NCBI GenBank assembly: GCA_001780035.1
Contig: MFEY01000007.1
Span: 331,146-395,145, forward strand
Length of the DNA: 64,000 nucleotides
Reading direction: 5' to 3'
Source of the DNA: Candidatus Doudnabacteria bacterium RIFCSPHIGHO2_12_FULL_48_16
GTDB lineage: Bacteria; Patescibacteriota; Doudnabacteria; UBA920; O2-02-FULL-48-8
The translations under genes were made by a program, and so were the position numbers. Below the pieces are notes generated by a model. The model saw nothing but the letters and a program-made list of their open reading frames with translations, did not search any database and had not been told where the DNA came from. Every line of letters starts with the position of its first letter. Within the stretch, counting starts at the first letter, position 1. This document shows positions 10,245-19,562 of this stretch, piece by piece.

Positions 10245-10763
10245 ATGAACGAGATACTTAAAAAAATTATTTTAGACTTACTGCGGCAGATGGGTTTTGA
10301 GGCCGAAGTTTATGAGCGGATGGAAGAAGACCGCACGGTTTTTAATGTCAAAACTAGAGACGCTCAGCTGTTGATCGGCAAGCAGGGTGCGAATCTGCAG
10401 GCTCTGCAGCATCTGATCCGAATTTTGTTTCGCAAGCAAACCAATGATGACCCGTCTCGCCCGGCGCGAGCCGAGGCGGACCGGTTTCCGTTTGCCGTCG
10501 ATATCGATGACTACAAAGACCAGCGCAGTTTGTATCTGAAGGAGTTGGCGCGCAAGGCCGCCCACCACGTGCGCCAAACCCGTAAGCCGGTGTCACTCGA
10601 ACCTATGCCGGCGCATGAGCGCCGGGTGGTCCATTCTTATCTTTCACTTTATAATGATATCGGTTCCGAAAGTGTGGGGGTGGAACCGAATCGCAAATTG
10701 ATTATCAAGCCCAAACAAAAACCCAAGGACAAGGATGGGTTTAATTTCGTCGAAAATAGTTAA
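10245..10763 (+). CDS. jag: Jag/KhpB RNA-binding protein (KH + R3H domains)
   Basis: 172 aa; C-terminal R3H-like ERRVVHSYL; follows yidC. Confidence 0.8.
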   Translation: MNEILKKIILDLLRQMGFEAEVYERMEEDRTVFNVKTRDAQLLIGKQGANLQALQHLIRILFRKQTNDDPSRPARAEADRFPFAVDIDDYKDQRSLYLKELARKAAHHVRQTRKPVSLEPMPAHERRVVHSYLSLYNDIGSESVGVEPNRKLIIKPKQKPKDKDGFNFVENS

Positions 10764-11545
10764 GCCCGGATCTTTAGTGGTTTAGAAATTTGCCAGATCA
10801 ATTCAAATTGGCCCTTTAGCATTTCAGCCAATTCTTCACTTTCAATCAAAAACCCGAAATTTTCCCGTGAGGATGAGATAAACCTCACGGTATTTTTGTA
10901 TATGGCGTACCCCAGGGAAAAATTAATGTTTGTTTGCGCGATTCGGACTTCCCTTTTGAATTCTGGGCCGAAAGCTAAGAATTTATGAACTTTGATAGAC
11001 GGGATTTGGTTTTGTGGCCAAATCACCTTGATTTTGATGTTGTTGGCTAATCTTTTTTTGTTGAATTCTTCTATAAAGTCAGGACCCAAAGTCTCCAACA
11101 CGTTCAGTATCGGCCAATAAGCCAAGAGGGTTATGTTTTCGTAGAGCAATAAATCCTTCATCATTTGCCGAAGTTCTTCCTGAGTTTCGAATAGCTGCAC
11201 CCGGGGCTGAAACAATTTACCATTCTTAGTATGTATACTTTTTAATTCATTCAAGGCTTGGCGGGCTTCAATAAGTTTATTCTCTTTTTCTTGGATTAAG
11301 AGATTGATTTTTTCGTATGGTGAAATAGCGAATAGTTTAATTCCATTTTTGAGAGTCTCAAAGACCAGACCCAGTTTAGTCATCTGGTCTAAAGAATTAT
11401 ATACTGTCGTCCGATTGGACTTTATTTGCTTAGCCAGAGAACTGGCTTTTTGAGGGCCGGTTAGAAGCAGGACCTCAAAAATTTGTATCTGAGAAGGATC
11501 CAAAGCAAATACTGAATAGATTGATTTTAAGTTCATTGTTGTCAA
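10760..11545 (-). CDS. TrmB-like winged-helix transcriptional regulator (paralog 1 of 5)
   Basis: N-terminal wHTH (IQIFEVLLLTGPQKASSLAKQIKSNRTTVYNSLDQMTKLGLV), coiled linker, C-terminal domain ending FELIWQ; stop overlaps jag stop. Confidence 0.7.
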   Translation of the reverse strand: MTTMNLKSIYSVFALDPSQIQIFEVLLLTGPQKASSLAKQIKSNRTTVYNSLDQMTKLGLVFETLKNGIKLFAISPYEKINLLIQEKENKLIEARQALNELKSIHTKNGKLFQPRVQLFETQEELRQMMKDLLLYENITLLAYWPILNVLETLGPDFIEEFNKKRLANNIKIKVIWPQNQIPSIKVHKFLAFGPEFKREVRIAQTNINFSLGYAIYKNTVRFISSSRENFGFLIESEELAEMLKGQFELIWQISKPLKIRA

Positions 11546-11615
11546 ATTGTCTCAACAGTCTTTACAATATATTATATTATTTGCATAATGTCAAATCAAC
11601 TTGATGGAGGACAAC

Positions 11616-12263
11616 ATGAAAAAACGATTGTTGGTAGTCGATCTGGGTTACACGCAGGGCCAATCGGTTATCGGCCAATTCCCCGAGTCTACGGAATTGA
11701 AGGTCGTGTATACATTGGAAGAGGCACATGAGGAAGTTCGGCCCAAATATGGTCATACGTGGGAAGAACTGTGGGCGCAGTATAGGCCGAACCATGCAGG
11801 AGGCAATACTCAATGGTGGCATCATTTCAAAATAAGACGTGAGAAGTTACTCCAATCGCGCCTGCCATACTGGGACGCAGTGTTGACTGACTTGTGGGAG
11901 AACGACACAGATCAGATTCCCGTAGGGTTTGGAATAGCCACGATCGCTGTATTCTCCGGGGCCAAATACGTAGGGATTATGCAAAGGCGTAGTCGCAAAG
12001 ACTCCATCTTTCATTGGCTGCCAGGTTTAGGTTTTGATAACCCATCATGGTTGCAGATCGAAGAAAGAAAAGTTATCGTGTCTAACGACCAACCATATGG
12101 GAAGGGGTGGTGTGAGCAGTGGAACGATCTTTTGAGAACATCGGTGGTCTCCAATGAATTCCCCACGGATAGTTACACGAACCAGCGGGTAAAGATGGAG
12201 GAAATGGGCGGCTATGAGGCAGCTGTAAACCACTACTGGCCAGATCTCATCAAACCTAAATAA
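11616..12263 (+). CDS. hypothetical Trp-rich protein
   Basis: GGAGG SD 5 nt before ATG 11616 (M6 of tracked ORF); no family recognised. Confidence 0.55.
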   Translation: MKKRLLVVDLGYTQGQSVIGQFPESTELKVVYTLEEAHEEVRPKYGHTWEELWAQYRPNHAGGNTQWWHHFKIRREKLLQSRLPYWDAVLTDLWENDTDQIPVGFGIATIAVFSGAKYVGIMQRRSRKDSIFHWLPGLGFDNPSWLQIEERKVIVSNDQPYGKGWCEQWNDLLRTSVVSNEFPTDSYTNQRVKMEEMGGYEAAVNHYWPDLIKPK

Positions 12264-12276
12264 AGCCTAAATAAAA

Positions 12277-12305
12277 GCATGGCTCAGTCGCTGACTGAGC
12301 CATGC
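12277..12305 (+). terminator. intrinsic terminator (13-bp stem)
   Basis: GCATGGCTCAGTC-GCT-GACTGAGCCATGC followed by TAGTTTTT; 21-nt core is repeated at 13171. Confidence 0.75.
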
Positions 12306-12335
12306 TAGTTTTTATATAGCGTTGGCGATAAAGAT

Positions 12336-12428
12336 TTAATCTTGGATATAGAACAGACTGATCATGAACCAAAATAAGATCGCCAGATCGTTTTTGAAGT
12401 AAGGGACATCGACCAAGTCGTGCAGAAT
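12336..12428 (-). pseudogene. 3'-terminal remnant of an O-antigen-ligase-like gene (31 codons + stop)
   Basis: hand translation HDQLILHDLVDVPYFKNDLAILFWFMISLFYIQD* versus the C-terminus of the 14385-15587 gene ...ILHGLVDVPYFKNDLAVLFWFAISLFYLDN*. Confidence 0.8.
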
Positions 12429-12520
12429 CAGTTGGTCATGAACCCGCCCGCAAATTGGTGATCCGGCCCAAACAAAAACCCAAAGATAAAGATGGGTTTA
12501 ACTTTGTGGAAAACAGCTAG
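12425..12520 (+). pseudogene. 3'-terminal remnant of a jag gene (31 codons + stop)
   Basis: hand translation ESVGHEPARKLVIRPKQKPKDKDGFNFVENS* versus jag C-terminus ESVGVEPNRKLIIKPKQKPKDKDGFNFVENS*; all differences in the last 13 codons are synonymous. Confidence 0.8.
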
Positions 12521-12556
12521 AAATTAAATCGTCCCGATTAATCGGGACGATTTTAC

Positions 12557-12832
12557 TTAATCGCGCTTTGGCTGACCGTTTGAATATTGGTGGATCAGCG
12601 AAGCCATCAGAGTTTGATACGGAATACCTTTTTGTAGAGCCATCGCTTTTATCTTCAACAAGTCGCTTTCCGATAGGCGAATGTTAACATTTCTTGTTTT
12701 ATCTAAAGCAGCCTTCGCGTATGCTTGGTAACGCAATTTCTCAATTTTTTGATTAGAGACAGGCTTAACTTTACCCTTTTCATAGGATTTTATTATCTCT
12801 TTTTCGTAATCATCGAGTTCTAAATATTGCAT
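12557..12832 (-). CDS. brnA: BrnA-like (CopG/RHH) antitoxin
   Basis: 91 aa; downstream partner of the BrnT-like ORF; C-terminal NIRLSESDLLKIKAMALQKGIPYQTLMASLIHQY resembles BrnA RHH region. Confidence 0.65.
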   Translation of the reverse strand: MQYLELDDYEKEIIKSYEKGKVKPVSNQKIEKLRYQAYAKAALDKTRNVNIRLSESDLLKIKAMALQKGIPYQTLMASLIHQYSNGQPKRD

Positions 12833-12835
12833 AGT

Positions 12836-13111
12836 TTATTTATTAATTAAGTATTTCTTAGTCGCCTTACGGCTCGGGATAATAGTTTTTAAAAAGATTT
12901 TTTTATCATCTTCCACAAAAGGAACCAAGTAAGCGTAATGATTGATTTCAACCACAAAGATTTTTTGGTTGAGGTATTTTTTTGAGTTCGGGTGTTCTAG
13001 GATGTCGAGTAACCGACCCTCATTTAAGGCTATAATGATATACTCAAATCCTATACCGCGGCTATCTATTAGCTGAATATTTTTATCAACACTCCAGTCA
13101 AAATACTTCAT
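12836..13111 (-). CDS. brnT: BrnT-like (DUF497) ribonuclease toxin
   Basis: 91 aa; FDWSVDKN start and C-terminal IIPSRKATKKY resemble the BrnT family; 3-nt gap to antitoxin gene. Confidence 0.65.
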   Translation of the reverse strand: MKYFDWSVDKNIQLIDSRGIGFEYIIIALNEGRLLDILEHPNSKKYLNQKIFVVEINHYAYLVPFVEDDKKIFLKTIIPSRKATKKYLINK

Positions 13112-13170
13112 AAATATAGTTTATGACAAAGCATACTATTTGTCAATATATAGGTTCAAATAAAAAGGAA

Positions 13171-13193
13171 CGGCTCAGTCGCTGACTGAGCCG
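13171..13193 (-). terminator. terminator hairpin sharing a 21-nt core with 12281-12301
   Basis: CGGCTCAGTC-GCT-GACTGAGCCG; on minus strand followed by TTCCTTTTTA; just downstream of the 13207 stop. Confidence 0.65.
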
Positions 13194-13206
13194 TGCCGCC
13201 GACTTT

Positions 13207-13500
13207 TTAAGTTGGCGGCATTCGGAACGAATCCAAGAGCGCGGCAAGAAGCTTCGATTTACCCAATTTCTTGATAGGCCCACTTGCTGTAAAGCGTGTT
13301 CCTGTCCAACGCACTATTTTGTGTGCGATCCGGCCGATTACGATGCCCATTGGCAGAGATATCGCGAAGGACACGTACCACGCATGTAGCCATCTCGCAA
13401 CAAAATCGTCAACGAAACCCAAGTTCCGCCAGGTCGCCACGCCGGTCACGAGTAGGCTCATGAACAGCATCCGGAGCACTTGCTCTGCGTACCAGACCAT
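13207..13500 (-). CDS. small membrane protein, DUF2798-like
   Basis: strong SD AAGGAGGA before ATG 13500 (M22 of tracked ORF); two-TM pattern resembling DUF2798. Confidence 0.5.
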   Translation of the reverse strand: MVWYAEQVLRMLFMSLLVTGVATWRNLGFVDDFVARWLHAWYVSFAISLPMGIVIGRIAHKIVRWTGTRFTASGPIKKLGKSKLLAALLDSFRMPPT

Positions 13501-13629
13501 TATTCCTCCTTTGTGTTGCCAGAGTGCAACGATATAGATTATCAGTTCTAGGAATATATACAATAATTTGGGCAGTTATTTCGAGATATTGACAAAAAGC
13601 CAATAAATAAGGCATTATATAGGCAATTA

Positions 13630-14388
13630 ATGCCGCCAGTTTTTATGGCAGAATCCCAATTAGAGCGCATTCTTATCGAATATGGGCTTAGACAAAAACA
13701 AGCCAAGGTTTACTTGGCGTGTTTGGAAGTGGGTTCAGGCACCGTGCTGAAGATCGCCCAAGCCGCTGGCATGCCCCGTTCCACTACGGAACTGGAACTG
13801 AACCACTTGTTGGACAGCGGTCTGGTCTCCATGTATAAAAAGAAAAGCGTGAAGTATTTTAGTGCCGATGACCCTCATTCGCTTTTGAATTTACTGGAAG
13901 AAAAATCCGAACTAATCCAAAGAGCGCTGCCAAAATTTGTTTCTTTATATGGCAGCAATAAAACCAGGCCCTCAGTGCGATTTTACGAAGGCCGTCAGGG
14001 GTTGAAGCTAGTCTTAGGTGAAATACTTGTGGAAGCCAAGGAATTAATTTCACTTGGTTCAGCAGAGGATTTATTTAAAGTTTTGGAAGACTTTCCGGAA
14101 TTCGTAATGAAAAGAGTGGAACGTAAAATTCCTGTTAAAGTTATTCTTATAGATTCTCCGAAGGCCAGAGAGAGAAAGCTTCTGGGACCACAACAGCTTC
14201 GGCAGGTAAGACTGATACCGGAAACTTACAGTTATCACGGTCAATACAATGTTTGGAACAACAAGATCGCGATGTTTTCCTTTGGCCGTAATTTGTCAGC
14301 TGTGGTAATAGAAAGCCTAGAACTGGCGCAAATGCAAAAGGCTGCCTTTAATTTTATGTGGGACAGCCTGGAGGTCAAGAGAAATTAA
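13630..14388 (+). CDS. TrmB-like winged-helix transcriptional regulator (paralog 2)
   Basis: KQAKVYLACLEVGSGTVLKIAQAAGMPRSTTELELNHLLDSGLV wHTH; C-terminal AFNFMWD; stop overlaps ligase stop by 4 nt. Confidence 0.7.
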   Translation: MPPVFMAESQLERILIEYGLRQKQAKVYLACLEVGSGTVLKIAQAAGMPRSTTELELNHLLDSGLVSMYKKKSVKYFSADDPHSLLNLLEEKSELIQRALPKFVSLYGSNKTRPSVRFYEGRQGLKLVLGEILVEAKELISLGSAEDLFKVLEDFPEFVMKRVERKIPVKVILIDSPKARERKLLGPQQLRQVRLIPETYSYHGQYNVWNNKIAMFSFGRNLSAVVIESLELAQMQKAAFNFMWDSLEVKRN

Positions 14389-15587
14389 TTGTCTAAGTAA
14401 AATAGTGAAATCGCAAACCAAAACAGCACGGCTAAATCATTCTTGAAATAAGGGACATCGACCAAGCCGTGCAAAATCACAATCAGCAGGAATGCCGCGG
14501 CCGCCAGGCCCCACACCGTGGGGTGTTTTTTTTGCCGCTCGCCGACGGCACCTATGATCAGACCAAATGCCAGCAGCCCAAGCAAGCCGGTTTCGAGCCA
14601 GAAGTTCAGAAAAATATTGTGCGGATAATTGAGAATCTCTCCTTGAAAGTCGGCCGCGCTCAGAGTCGTGCGAAAACCGTGCAGTCCGTTGCCCAAAAAT
14701 GGTTCGTCTTGGATTTTTTGGATGCCAAGCCGCATGAGCTCCAGCCGGGCGTCACTGGAAGCATCGGAGACGGCGGAGACGAGCCGTTGCCGGATCGGAG
14801 CCACTCCCACTCCCAATGATCCGAGCAATACCAGGGTGACGATGGTCAGTACAGCCCGGCCGCTGTGGTTTTTGATCAGGAACAGAGTCAGGGTAATTGC
14901 AACCGCGAGCCAGGCGCCCCGGGAAAAGGTGAGAATCAAGGCCGCGGCCATGAGCAGGAGCCCCAGAATTTCCAGCCATTCGCGTTCAAATAACCGATAT
15001 TTTTTGTAAATTAAAATCGCAAACAGACCAAACAACGGCGCCAGGAACAAGGCCAGGGCATTCGGATAATCGAAAACCGAAGTTATGCGCTCCGGTTCTA
15101 TCCCCGTGCCCCAAAATCGGATTGGCAAGCCGGACAGGGTAAAATATTGGACGACGCCGAACAGCGAGATTAATCCGGAGCTCACAAACAATCCCTGCAG
15201 CGCCAATCTGATATTTGATTTTTCTTCCCATAGCAACACTAGCGCGTAAAATACCAAGACTGGTTCGATAAAGAAAGCCTTCAGTTCTCCCAGGGCCTTA
15301 AGTTTTTCCGGCGAGAGATAGGCGGCCACAGACGCGGCCAGTAAAAATAACCCGATGATCCAATTGAGCCGGCCGAGTTTGCGAAGCGGCCGGAAGTCCG
15401 GCTGTTGGGCCAGCAATCCGACAAGAAAAGCCAGGATTAAAACTTCAAGCAGAGTGGTTGGCAATCCCAGCAGCGTGAATCGGACTTGATAAGCCGGCAG
15501 CAAAAACAGCAGGACGGCCAAAGCCCAGCCAGGTTTTTTGAAAGCCAGATATAAGAAACAGACACTGATGACAAAAATGATCGTCAT
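14385..15587 (-). CDS. O-antigen ligase-like (Wzy_C) polytopic membrane protein
   Basis: 400 aa, about 10 TM; FSRGAWLAVAITL motif typical of Wzy_C/O-antigen ligase family. Confidence 0.7.
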   Translation of the reverse strand: MTIIFVISVCFLYLAFKKPGWALAVLLFLLPAYQVRFTLLGLPTTLLEVLILAFLVGLLAQQPDFRPLRKLGRLNWIIGLFLLAASVAAYLSPEKLKALGELKAFFIEPVLVFYALVLLWEEKSNIRLALQGLFVSSGLISLFGVVQYFTLSGLPIRFWGTGIEPERITSVFDYPNALALFLAPLFGLFAILIYKKYRLFEREWLEILGLLLMAAALILTFSRGAWLAVAITLTLFLIKNHSGRAVLTIVTLVLLGSLGVGVAPIRQRLVSAVSDASSDARLELMRLGIQKIQDEPFLGNGLHGFRTTLSAADFQGEILNYPHNIFLNFWLETGLLGLLAFGLIIGAVGERQKKHPTVWGLAAAAFLLIVILHGLVDVPYFKNDLAVLFWFAISLFYLDN

Positions 15588-15590
15588 TTA

Positions 15591-18170
15591 TTATTTGGCG
15601 ACATTGATTGATATGCTGTTTTGAATTGTCCCCTGGCCGGGCACATGGGCAAATGCCGAGAGCCGGTGGGCACCGTTATCAATATGCGGAATGGTGAAAC
15701 TAAAGGGCGAATTATTTTTGGTTCCAATCTGCTGATCATCCAGATAAAGTTCGACTGACGTCGGTACGAACCCCGTAACGTCAACCTGCACGGTCAGCGG
15801 CAGCTTATTGATGATCTGATTATTGACCGGCGCGACAAAGCTCACCAGCTTGTCATTGCTGCCCGGCGTTCCATCCAAGCCGCCGCTCCCGGCTGACCCA
15901 TCATCCTCTTCAGTCGGCGGGTAGGCAAAGCCGGCGGCCAGGGCCCAAGCCCGAACCGGGTTTTCCCAGTTGGGATTATTGGGCATTTCCGAATGCAGCA
16001 CGGTGTAGACCCGGTTTTCCAGCGCATCCGGCGGGGTCAGGCTGGAGGCTTTTAAGCCGTTGTATTTGTTGATGGCCACGGAGATGTGGACGTCGTCGAA
16101 ATCTTTGGGCAGGGCGAAGCTGGCAAAAACTTCGCTCTTGGTCGACGGGGTCAATTCGGTCGGCAATTTACCGGAAATAGCATCCACCACCACGCGCTGG
16201 ATGCCCGGCGGCTCAGCAAAGGTTTCCGCCGGCGTTCCTTTGAGCGCATTGAGCATAAACTGACGCCAGATCGGAGCGGCCACGATGACGCCGTCCGCAC
16301 CGCGGCGCATGACGGAAGAATCGTTGTTGCCCACCCAGACGCCGGCTACCAGCGAGGGAGTAAAGCCCAGGGCCCAGCCGTCCTTCCATTCTTGGGTCGT
16401 GCCGGTTTTGGCGGCCACCACCCGACCGGGCAAAGTTAACGGCGAGTTGGGCCCGAAGACAAATGCGCGCGCGTCGTTGTCAGTCATGACGCTGTCAACT
16501 TCGTAGGCGACTTGGGGGTCAATCACTTCGCGGCCCTCGCCCGGCTTGTATTCTTCCAAGACGTTGCCCTGGCCGTCCTCCACTTTCAGAATCGGTGTTG
16601 CCTCGTGCCGGATTCCCATATTGGCAAAGACCCCCATGGCTGAGACGTGGTCCAACAGTTTAAGTTCACAGCCGCCCAAAACCAGGGCCAAGCCACAGCG
16701 ATCGGCGCTGATGTCCGAGGTAATGCCCATGTCTTTGGCCGTATCAATGGCATTTTGGACGCCGACCAGGGCCAGGGTTTTAACCGCCGGGATGTTTAAC
16801 GATCCGGCAAACCCTTTGCGGATATTCACGATCCCGTGGTTGGCGCCGTCATAATTGCCCGGGGCGTATTCCTTGCCGCCGTAGGTGCCAAACACGGTTC
16901 GCACATCCACCAGCATCGTAGCCGGGCTCAATCCCTGTTTGAAGGCGGTGGCGTAAATGTAAGGTTTGATTGAGGATCCGGGCTGGCGTTCGCGCAGGGC
17001 GACATTGACCTGGCCGTCGTGTTCATCGTCAAAATAATTGCGTGAGCCGACCATGGCCAGAATCTCGCCGGTCTTTGGATCAATTGCAACCAGCGAGGCA
17101 TTGGAGGCGTTGTTTCGTTTTTCATTGATGGTCACACCATCGGTAACCGCTTTTTCCGCTATTTGCTGCAGGTTCCAGTCCAGCGAGGTCGTAACTTTGA
17201 GGCCGCCCACTTCCAAAGTTTGTTCGCCGTATTTTTCCGCCAGCAAGCTTTCCACGTAGAGCACGAAGTGCGGGGCCAGGATCGCGTCGCGGACTTTGTT
17301 GAAGGTCACTTTTTCCGCCTTGGCGGTCTCTGCCTGATCATGAGTGATGTATCCTTGCTCGGCCATTTGATCGAGCACGTAATTTTTTCGGCCATCGAGC
17401 CGGTCGCGGTTCGGCCCGCTCGGGTTATAAAAACTTGGCGCCTGGGGCAGGGCCGCGACATAAGCGGATTCGGCCAGGGTCAGATCGTGGGCGTGTTTGT
17501 CGAAGTAAGTCTGTGCGGCCGCTTCGATCCCGTAGGCATTCTGGCCGTAAGGAATTTCGTTTAAATAAAAACCGAGAATCTGGTCTTTGGAATAGCGCTG
17601 ATCCAGTTCGACGGCCAATACAATCTCTTTGATTTTCCTGACCCAGGTTTTTTCCCGCGTCAGAATGGCGTTGCGCACAAATTGCTGGGTGATGGTGGAG
17701 CCGCCCTGGCTGAGACTGCCGGAGGTTAAATCCACCCAAATCGAACGAAGAATTCCGGTCCAGCTGACCCCGGAGTTTTTATAAAAATTTTTATCCTCGA
17801 TTGCGATCGCGGCCTGCTTGGCATAATCGGGAATCTCGCTTAAGTCAATCAAAGTCCGCTTGGCCTCGCCATGAACTTCATACAACAGCGTCGTGCCGTC
17901 GCGGGCGTAAATTTTGGTCGATTGGGGAATCAGCCGCGTATCCAGTTTGGCCGGGTCAGGCAGGGTCAGGGCGATGACGGTAAACGAGACGCTGACAAAG
18001 AGCAGGCAGAACCCGCCGAAGTAAAGGACGAACCGGGTGATTTTTTGGCGATAAGCCTTGTCGCTGCGGAATCGTTCCACGAACCGGCGCGGCCAGGCGG
18101 TGGCCAAACCCCAGATTTTTTTGATCGAAAATTTGCGGTGTTTGTTCCAATTGGATTGGATGTAAGCCAT
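15591..18170 (-). CDS. class A penicillin-binding protein (glycosyltransferase + transpeptidase)
   Basis: 859 aa; GT51 motifs IEDKNFY, GGSTITQQ; transpeptidase SSIKP and KTGTT; extra C-terminal beta-rich domain. Confidence 0.92.
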   Translation of the reverse strand: MAYIQSNWNKHRKFSIKKIWGLATAWPRRFVERFRSDKAYRQKITRFVLYFGGFCLLFVSVSFTVIALTLPDPAKLDTRLIPQSTKIYARDGTTLLYEVHGEAKRTLIDLSEIPDYAKQAAIAIEDKNFYKNSGVSWTGILRSIWVDLTSGSLSQGGSTITQQFVRNAILTREKTWVRKIKEIVLAVELDQRYSKDQILGFYLNEIPYGQNAYGIEAAAQTYFDKHAHDLTLAESAYVAALPQAPSFYNPSGPNRDRLDGRKNYVLDQMAEQGYITHDQAETAKAEKVTFNKVRDAILAPHFVLYVESLLAEKYGEQTLEVGGLKVTTSLDWNLQQIAEKAVTDGVTINEKRNNASNASLVAIDPKTGEILAMVGSRNYFDDEHDGQVNVALRERQPGSSIKPYIYATAFKQGLSPATMLVDVRTVFGTYGGKEYAPGNYDGANHGIVNIRKGFAGSLNIPAVKTLALVGVQNAIDTAKDMGITSDISADRCGLALVLGGCELKLLDHVSAMGVFANMGIRHEATPILKVEDGQGNVLEEYKPGEGREVIDPQVAYEVDSVMTDNDARAFVFGPNSPLTLPGRVVAAKTGTTQEWKDGWALGFTPSLVAGVWVGNNDSSVMRRGADGVIVAAPIWRQFMLNALKGTPAETFAEPPGIQRVVVDAISGKLPTELTPSTKSEVFASFALPKDFDDVHISVAINKYNGLKASSLTPPDALENRVYTVLHSEMPNNPNWENPVRAWALAAGFAYPPTEEDDGSAGSGGLDGTPGSNDKLVSFVAPVNNQIINKLPLTVQVDVTGFVPTSVELYLDDQQIGTKNNSPFSFTIPHIDNGAHRLSAFAHVPGQGTIQNSISINVAK

Positions 18171-18210
18171 GTTTTTAATTGTATCAAAAAATTGCTATAA
18201 TGTCTTTACT

Positions 18211-19362
18211 ATGAATGAATTACTCACCCGCTCGATTTCCGAAATTATTGACCGGAAGCATTTGGAAGATAATTTGAATTCCGGCCAAAAACTCCGGGTA
18301 AAATTGGGCATTGATCCCACGGCCGCCAAGCTTCATTTGGGTCACGCCGTCGTGCTGCGGATTTTGCGGCGTTTTCAAGACGAAGGACACACGGCGGTCT
18401 TAATCATTGGCGACACCACCGCGTCCATCGGTGACCCCTCGGGGAAAAACGAAACGCGGCCGGCGCTTACTGCCGAACAAATTGCCAAAAATTTTGCTAC
18501 GTATGAAAAACAAGCCTTGAGGATTTTGGACAAGTCTCGGCTGGAAGTCCGCTGGCAATCCGAGTGGTTCAAAAATTTCAATCTTAGCGATGTGATCAGG
18601 GAAGCAGCCCAACTTTCCGCCGGTTGGATTCTTTCCCACGAAACTTTCCGCAATCGTTTGCAGCACGGTCAGCCCTTGGCTTTTCATGAATTATTGTATC
18701 CGTTGGTCCAGGCCTATGACTCGGTGGCGGTGCAGGCGAATGTCGAACTGGGCGGGCCGGATCAAAAATTTAATTTGTTAACCGGTCGGGAGCTGATGCG
18801 GTCACACAAAATGGAGCCCCAAGACATTGTCTTGGGGAAATATTTGATCGGTACCGATGGTCAGAAGATGGGGAAAACCACCGGTAATTTTATCGCTCTG
18901 GAAGAAGAGCCATTTGAAATGTTTGGTAAAGTTATGGCCTTGGTGGACGAGGTTGTGATTGATTATTTTGAGAACGCGACCACTGTGCCGGTGGATGAAA
19001 TTAAAACAATTGAAAAAGAACTGAAAAAAGGGACCAATCCCCGTGACATTAAAAAACGGCTGGCGGCGGAGATTGTTACTTTGTATCATGGCGAGCAGGC
19101 CGCCAGTGTAGCCTCGGATGAATGGCAGAAAGTTTTTAGCAACAAAGAAAAACCCACGGAGATTGAAGAGGTCAAGGTGAAATCAGAAAATATAGTTGAT
19201 GTTCTTGTTGAAACAAAACTAGCCTCAAGCAAAAGCGAGGCCAAGAGATTGATTGAGCAGGATGGTGTAAGGATTGATGATCAGATTGCTTCCGAGGAAT
19301 CAGACACAAGTTCTGGTAATTTAATTCAAGTTGGAAAAAGAAGGTTTATAAAAATTAAGTAA
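18211..19362 (+). CDS. tyrS: tyrosine--tRNA ligase
   Basis: HLGH (HIGH) and KMGKT (KMSKS) motifs, C-terminal S4-like domain; start at MNELLTRS (M15 of tracked ORF). Confidence 0.9.
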   Translation: MNELLTRSISEIIDRKHLEDNLNSGQKLRVKLGIDPTAAKLHLGHAVVLRILRRFQDEGHTAVLIIGDTTASIGDPSGKNETRPALTAEQIAKNFATYEKQALRILDKSRLEVRWQSEWFKNFNLSDVIREAAQLSAGWILSHETFRNRLQHGQPLAFHELLYPLVQAYDSVAVQANVELGGPDQKFNLLTGRELMRSHKMEPQDIVLGKYLIGTDGQKMGKTTGNFIALEEEPFEMFGKVMALVDEVVIDYFENATTVPVDEIKTIEKELKKGTNPRDIKKRLAAEIVTLYHGEQAASVASDEWQKVFSNKEKPTEIEEVKVKSENIVDVLVETKLASSKSEAKRLIEQDGVRIDDQIASEESDTSSGNLIQVGKRRFIKIK

Positions 19363-19471
19363 TTACTCCCCCGTTGACTCTCTTCTGACGCACCCCCTCT
19401 TATATTAAGAGGGGGTTTTAGATTGCTTATTTACTCCTCCCCTTAGAATAAGGGGAGGGTGGGAGGGGTTA

Positions 19472-19500
19472 TTGACCTTGGGTCTTAAAACTGCTATCTT
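19472..19500 (+). promoter_or_regulatory. putative sigma70-type promoter of the GC-rich small ORF
   Basis: TTGACC (19472-77), 17-nt spacer, TATCTT (19495-500). Confidence 0.4.
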
Positions 19501-19562
19501 AATGAGCTTACTTGACCGGGCGAATCCGGTCCGTATGGCGACGAAAGGCAGCAGGGGGAAAA

